Part shown: positions 59,363-64,000 of the stretch, piece after piece | Layout: each line of letters starts with the position of its first letter | Position numbering within the stretch: the stretch's first letter is position 1 | The notes under the pieces: generated by a model | What the model saw: the letters and a program-made list of their open reading frames with translations, nothing else | Told to the model about the DNA's origin: nothing | Databases searched by the model: none | Translations under genes and position numbers: made by a program | NCBI GenBank assembly: GCA_051252135.1 | Contig: JBPOGH010000001.1 | Location: forward strand, 32,001 to 96,000 | Reading direction: 5' to 3' | DNA: 64,000 nt | Source of the DNA: Verrucomicrobiaceae bacterium | GTDB taxonomy: Bacteria > Verrucomicrobiota > Verrucomicrobiia > Verrucomicrobiales > Akkermansiaceae

Positions 59363-60907
59363 ATGGCTATCGCACGCGCGCTTCTGTCTGTTTCCGACAA
59401 ATCCGGTTTGGTTGATTTTGCAAAGTCCCTTCATGAGGACTATGGGGTGGAGCTCCTTTCTACCGGGGGCACAGCTGCGGCACTTCGGGAGGCCGGGCTT
59501 CCGGTGCAAGATGTGGCGGAATACACGGGAGCACCTGAGCTTTTTGAAGGTCGGCTGAAGACTCTTCACCCGAAGGTGCACGGAGGACTCCTCCAGCGTC
59601 GTGACAGTGATTCCCATATTGCCCAGGGGAAGAAGCACAACATTCCCACGATCGATTTGGTGGTGGTGAATCTTTATCCTTTTGAGCAGACGGTTGAGAA
59701 AGAGGGAGTGACGCTGGAAGAGGCGATTGAGAATATCGACATTGGCGGTCCTTCGATGCTGCGCAGTGCTTCCAAGAATTACGCGGCAGTGACGGTGGTG
59801 ACCGATCCGGGTGATTATGGTCGGGTGCTGGAAGAGATGGAGGAGCACAGTGGCGATACTTCCCTGCGGTTGCGCGAGGAGCTGGCGATCAAGGTGTTTC
59901 GGCGGACTTCGGAGTATGACGGCGCCATTTCGAACTTCCTCGGGAAGTGCGATCAGGGAACGGCTTGTAGTTTTTCGGTGAATCTTCCGCTCGACCGCGA
60001 TCTGCGCTACGGGGACAACCCACACCAGAAATCGCGTCTTTATGGAGCGTTTGGGGAGTGTTTTACGCAGCTGCAGGGGAAAGAGCTGAGCTACACGAAC
60101 ATTTTGGATGTCGAGGCGGCGGCGGATTTGATTTTGGATTACCGTCGTCCGACCGTGGCGATTCTGAAGCACACCAACCCGTGCGGGGTGGGGCAGGATG
60201 ATGATGATCTCCGGGTGGCGTGGGAAAAGGCCTTTGAGACCGATCGTCAGGCGCCCTTTGGCGGAGTGATCGTGACGAACCGTCCGCTGACCGAGGGGTT
60301 GGCGCGGATCATTTCCGGAATTTTTACCGACGTGATCATTGCACCCGACTACGAGCCTGAGGCCCGCGCGATCCTTCAGAAGAAGAAGAACCTTCGTCTG
60401 ATGAAGCTTGAAGAGGGTTACGAGAAGTATCGCAAGGCTCCGGTGGTGCGTTCTTCGCCAGGTGGATTGATGGTGATGGATAAGGATCACACCGTGATGG
60501 GTCTTGATGATTTGGAGACCAAGGTGGTGACCAAGCGTCCTCCGACAGAAAAGGAGATGCTTGCGATGCGCTTTGCGTGGCGGGTGGTGAAGCATGTGAA
60601 GTCGAACGCGATCGTCTTCAGCTCCTCGGACCGGACGCTCGGCATTGGCGCCGGCCAGATGAGCCGGGTGGATTCCTCCCGGATTGCGGTTTGGAAGGCC
60701 AAAGAGGCCGGACTTTCTCTCAAAGGGAGCGTGATTGCTTCAGACGGACTGTTTCCGTTCGCGGACGGACTTGATGCCGCGATTGAAGCGGGGGCAACGG
60801 CGTGCATTCAACCGGGTGGCTCGATTCGGGATGAGGAAGTGATTGCAGCTGCTGATGCGGCTGGTCTTGCGATGGTCTTCACGGGACATCGTCATTTTAA
60901 GCACTAG
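59363..60907 (+). CDS. purH: Bifunctional AICAR transformylase / IMP cyclohydrolase
   Basis: RALLSVSDKSG, STGGT, KTLHPKVHGG, IDIGGP, LRYGDNPHQ, KHTNPCG, KSNAI, QPGGSIRD; start ATG 59363. Confidence 0.97.
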   Translation: MAIARALLSVSDKSGLVDFAKSLHEDYGVELLSTGGTAAALREAGLPVQDVAEYTGAPELFEGRLKTLHPKVHGGLLQRRDSDSHIAQGKKHNIPTIDLVVVNLYPFEQTVEKEGVTLEEAIENIDIGGPSMLRSASKNYAAVTVVTDPGDYGRVLEEMEEHSGDTSLRLREELAIKVFRRTSEYDGAISNFLGKCDQGTACSFSVNLPLDRDLRYGDNPHQKSRLYGAFGECFTQLQGKELSYTNILDVEAAADLILDYRRPTVAILKHTNPCGVGQDDDDLRVAWEKAFETDRQAPFGGVIVTNRPLTEGLARIISGIFTDVIIAPDYEPEARAILQKKKNLRLMKLEEGYEKYRKAPVVRSSPGGLMVMDKDHTVMGLDDLETKVVTKRPPTEKEMLAMRFAWRVVKHVKSNAIVFSSSDRTLGIGAGQMSRVDSSRIAVWKAKEAGLSLKGSVIASDGLFPFADGLDAAIEAGATACIQPGGSIRDEEVIAAADAAGLAMVFTGHRHFKH

Positions 60908-60938
60908 AAATAGGGGCGTTTGGCCTTACACTCGGACC

Positions 60939-61694
60939 ATGAGCTTATTGCTGGGCGTTAATATCGACCATGTGGCCACGCTTCGGCAGGCCCGTTATGC
61001 ATTGAATGGAGATGCTCCCATCGTAGAGCCGAGTGTGCTGGAAGCGGCGCGGGAGGCGCAGGCGGGTGGGGCGGACTCGATTACGATCCACGTGCGCGAG
61101 GATCGGCGACACATGCAGGTGGAGGATGCCTGGCTAATCCGGAAAGAGATCGATCTGCCGCTGAATTTGGAAATGGCGAATACGGAGGCGATGTTGGCCT
61201 TCGCGTGTGAATTGAAGCCGGACTTCGTATGCCTCGTTCCGGAGAGCAGGGAAGAGGTGACCACGGAGGGTGGGCTGGATGTGACGGGAAATTTTGATGC
61301 GCTGCAGGGGACGATTTCGACTCTTCAAGAGGCGGGAATCAAGGTGAGCTTGTTCATCGATCCGGAGCCTGAGCAGATCATTGCGGCGGCGAAATTGGGG
61401 GCGGAAATGATCGAGTTGCACACGGGCGCGTTCGCTCTGGCCCGGGGTGAAAGTTATTCACAGGAACTCACAAGGCTTCAACAGGGAGCTGATTTGGGTG
61501 CCGAGCTGGGATTGCAGGTGAATGCAGGGCACGGCGTTCATTATGAGAATATTAACGATGTTTTTTCCGTAAAAAACCTCACCGAGTTGAACGTGGGTCA
61601 TGCGTTGATTGCGCGGGCGATCTTTGTGGGTTTGCGCAAGGCGGTCTCGGAGATGAAGCTCCTGATGGCGGCCTATCCGGGAGGTGGCGAGTGA
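60939..61694 (+). CDS. pdxJ: Pyridoxine 5'-phosphate synthase
   Basis: LGVNIDHVATLRQAR, HVREDRRH, LVPE.REEVTTEGG, ELHTG, AGHG. Confidence 0.96.
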   Translation: MSLLLGVNIDHVATLRQARYALNGDAPIVEPSVLEAAREAQAGGADSITIHVREDRRHMQVEDAWLIRKEIDLPLNLEMANTEAMLAFACELKPDFVCLVPESREEVTTEGGLDVTGNFDALQGTISTLQEAGIKVSLFIDPEPEQIIAAAKLGAEMIELHTGAFALARGESYSQELTRLQQGADLGAELGLQVNAGHGVHYENINDVFSVKNLTELNVGHALIARAIFVGLRKAVSEMKLLMAAYPGGGE

Positions 61695-62074
61695 AGCTGA
61701 TCGGGATCGGGATTGACGTGGTCGAAGTGGATCGGGTGCGGTCGTCCTGGGATGAATTCGGGGATCGTTTCGTGCAGCGGATCTTCACGGAGGCGGAGCG
61801 GGAATACTGCGATCGGCAGAAGCGTCCCGAGATTCATTATGCGGCGCGATTTGCGGCGAAAGAGGCGATTTCGAAAGCGCTCGGCACCGGAATTGGAAAA
61901 ACGATTGGTTGGCTTGATATGGAGATTGTGCGACTGGAGTCGGGCGAGCCTGAAGTTTTGCTGACGGGATCGGCCCGTGAATTTGCGGATTCCCGAGGAG
62001 TGACCGAAGTGAAAGTGAGTCTGACCCATGCCCAGCACTACGCGGCGGCGAATGCGGTGGTGATGGGAGAGTAG
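61691..62074 (+). CDS. acpS: Holo-ACP synthase
   Basis: GIGIDVVE, ARFAAKEA.SKALGTG, VSLTH. Confidence 0.95.
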   Translation: MKLIGIGIDVVEVDRVRSSWDEFGDRFVQRIFTEAEREYCDRQKRPEIHYAARFAAKEAISKALGTGIGKTIGWLDMEIVRLESGEPEVLLTGSAREFADSRGVTEVKVSLTHAQHYAAANAVVMGE

Positions 62075-62162
62075 GTGAGCTTTCCTGATTGATGGGGCAT
62101 GGTGATAATTGCCGATGTCTGATATTATTGACTTTTGAACAAAATGGGGCAGAATTGTCCCG

Positions 62163-62771
62163 TTGAAACCGATTCCGTCAGCTGTTTTGCCTCCCAGGGA
62201 AGACTTGATCCAATGCAGTCAATGCTTTGGGACGGTGCGGGTGCCCGAGAGCCCTGTTTCGTTGAGCGGGCCTTGTCCATTTTGTGGAGCGAGGATTACG
62301 ACGCCGCAGAAGGCGCAGGCCTTGCCTCCGATTCCCAGTCGGGTTGAAGTGGTTCCCCCACAGCCTGTGCTGCAACAGGAGGAGCCTGCCGCGAATGTCG
62401 AGCGTCCGGCAGATGATCGTTGGGCGGCCCGAAATTTTGCCACCACGGTGGCTCAGCAAGAACGACCAAAATCAGAGGGCTCATCTGGGACCGCACGGGC
62501 CCAACCATTCCAGCGCTCGGGCGTTGTCCGTTTACAGCCATCGGACGGGACGCAGGGAAATCGTAAATTTATGGCTCAACCCGCGGTGCAATCGCGGCCT
62601 GTTGAGCAAGAAGAGGGCGGTCGACGGACGGGCTTGCGGATCGTGGCACTGCTGGGATTTCTTTTGATCGGTGGAGGCGGGGCCTATGTCGCAATTGAAA
62701 ATCGGGAGGTGCTTTTTGGGGAAGTGGAGAGTGGGCCGGTTGAACGTATCGTTTCCGAGACTCATCCGTGA
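62163..62771 (+). CDS. Hypothetical protein: zinc ribbon, Pro/Gln-rich linker, C-terminal TM
   Basis: CSQC...CPFC, low-complexity linker, hydrophobic IVALLGFLLIGGGGAYVAI. Confidence 0.65.
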   Translation: MKPIPSAVLPPREDLIQCSQCFGTVRVPESPVSLSGPCPFCGARITTPQKAQALPPIPSRVEVVPPQPVLQQEEPAANVERPADDRWAARNFATTVAQQERPKSEGSSGTARAQPFQRSGVVRLQPSDGTQGNRKFMAQPAVQSRPVEQEEGGRRTGLRIVALLGFLLIGGGGAYVAIENREVLFGEVESGPVERIVSETHP

Positions 62772-63376
62772 TCAATTCAATTGATGAGCTGGCAGGACCG
62801 CCGGGGTTGATTCTGGCCTCCGGATCGCCCCGACGGAGAGAGCTGCTCAAGAAGGCAGGAGTGATCTTTGAGATTGTTCTTCCCGAGGTTGAGGAACTTC
62901 CGGCAGGAGCGCTGCCAGCCCGCGAGCTGAGTCTTGAGAACGCGCGGATCAAGGCTCGCGCGGTGGCGGTTGATTTTCCTGATGCGATTGTGTTGGCATC
63001 AGACACCGTGGTGGCGTTGGGAGAAACGGTGTTTGGAAAGCCCGGATCACTGATGGAAGCCGCTGAAAATCTGCGGAGGTATCGGGGGAAGACCCAAGAG
63101 GTGATCACCGGGGTGGTTTTTCAACATGGTGAGCAGATCGAAGAGTTCATTGAGGTTTCCTATGTTAAATTTCGCGATTATTCCGACGAGGTGATCGAAA
63201 ACTATTTGGAGCGGGTGGACGTCCTGGACAAGGCGGGGGGATACGCGATTCAAGATCACGGAGATTGGTTGATTGAGAGTATTGAGGGTGATTATGACAA
63301 TATTGTGGGCTTGCCGCTTTCGAAGGTCCTCGCTCATTTGGAAAAAATGGGTTTTTCTTGTGGCGGAAACGGATGA
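62768..63376 (+). CDS. maf: Maf family nucleotide pyrophosphatase
   Basis: LILASGSPRRRELL, ASDTVV, GKP, DKAGGYAIQ, GDYDNIVGLP. Confidence 0.95.
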   Translation: MINSIDELAGPPGLILASGSPRRRELLKKAGVIFEIVLPEVEELPAGALPARELSLENARIKARAVAVDFPDAIVLASDTVVALGETVFGKPGSLMEAAENLRRYRGKTQEVITGVVFQHGEQIEEFIEVSYVKFRDYSDEVIENYLERVDVLDKAGGYAIQDHGDWLIESIEGDYDNIVGLPLSKVLAHLEKMGFSCGGNG

Positions 63377-64000
63377 TTGAGCCAGTGGACGACCTTCCCA
63401 GATACCCCCTTATTCTGAACCCAAGAGCGAAGAGTGAGAAGGGTCGTCGTGCGCTGCAATTCCTGATGGCCAATGCCACCCGCTTTGTCATTTACGCCAC
63501 ACGGAGTCGGGAGGAGGCGATCGAGCTGGCCGCGAGGTTTGCGCGTGAAGGCGAAAAAGTGGTCGTCGCGGCCGGGGGTGACGGGACCTTGAACGCGGTG
63601 ATTGAAGGTTTGGCGGGAACAGAGACGACCTTGGGGGTTTTTCCGACGGGAACGATGAATGTTTTTGCGAGAGAGATGGGGATTCCTTTTGATCGCTTGG
63701 TGAATGCGCTGGGAGTGATCGATGCGGGGCATCGTAAGGTTGTGGATTTGTTCACAATGAATGGTGCGTCCTTTGTGCAAATGGCGGGGGTTGGGTTTGA
63801 TGCGCAGGTGATTGAAGAGACGACCTGGGAGAGCAAAAAGCGCCTGGGGCCGTTGGCTTATCTTCTATCGGCGGTACGGGTGTTGGGTGCGACGCCGCCG
63901 GTGGTGAAGGTGGAGTGTGCCGACGGCCGGAAATTTGAAGGAGTTTGTCTGTTGGTAGGCAATGGCTCGCTTTACGGAGGGCACTTTCCGCTTTTTCGGG
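63373..64000 (+). CDS. Diacylglycerol/lipid kinase family protein (partial, runs off the window)
   Basis: ATG 63373 MIEPVDDLPRYPLILNP..., VAAGGDGTLNAV, LGVFPTGTMNVFARE, AGVGFDA. Confidence 0.9.
   Translation, partial: MIEPVDDLPRYPLILNPRAKSEKGRRALQFLMANATRFVIYATRSREEAIELAARFAREGEKVVVAAGGDGTLNAVIEGLAGTETTLGVFPTGTMNVFAREMGIPFDRLVNALGVIDAGHRKVVDLFTMNGASFVQMAGVGFDAQVIEETTWESKKRLGPLAYLLSAVRVLGATPPVVKVECADGRKFEGVCLLVGNGSLYGGHFPLFR

Noticed and set aside
57682..64000. Prophage or genomic island at tRNA-Leu
   Set aside because: No integrase, att repeat or phage genes; core genes resume at purH.

Overview
A 64-kb, high-GC bacterial window with a strongly G-rich + strand. Gene content (PVC-type heme CxxCH protein, many secreted sulfatases, LptD, SufT) suggests Verrucomicrobiota; this is inference. 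About 0-34 kb is a sulfated-glycan/L-rhamnose region: five S1 sulfatases, a GH78 rhamnosidase, uncharacterised secreted proteins, an NCS1-type permease with a small membrane partner, a LacI regulator with three candidate operators (AAGAAACGTTTCTT), rhaM, and an operon of rhamnose isomerase, rhaEW-type aldolase/dehydrogenase, an Mqo-family flavoprotein and rhamnulokinase. About 34-64 kb is mostly housekeeping (PiT, rseP, PIN/TRAM, xseA, sufT, a two-component system, thiC, nitroreductase, lptD, a fused Ahb/Nir-like protein, CCA enzyme, prepilin peptidase, tRNA-Leu, purH, pdxJ, acpS, maf). Top leads: (1) a TPP-riboswitch variant upstream of thiC that keeps the pyrimidine-sensing arm and a terminator/antiterminator but has a remodelled pyrophosphate-sensing arm; (2) a rhamnose pathway variant in which an Mqo homolog may be the L-lactate:quinone oxidoreductase and an NCS1 permease may be the sugar transporter; (3) a small gene flanked by ~140-bp tri-hairpin direct repeats. 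No CRISPR array, integrase or transposase was seen. All calls come from reading the sequence; no searches were run.
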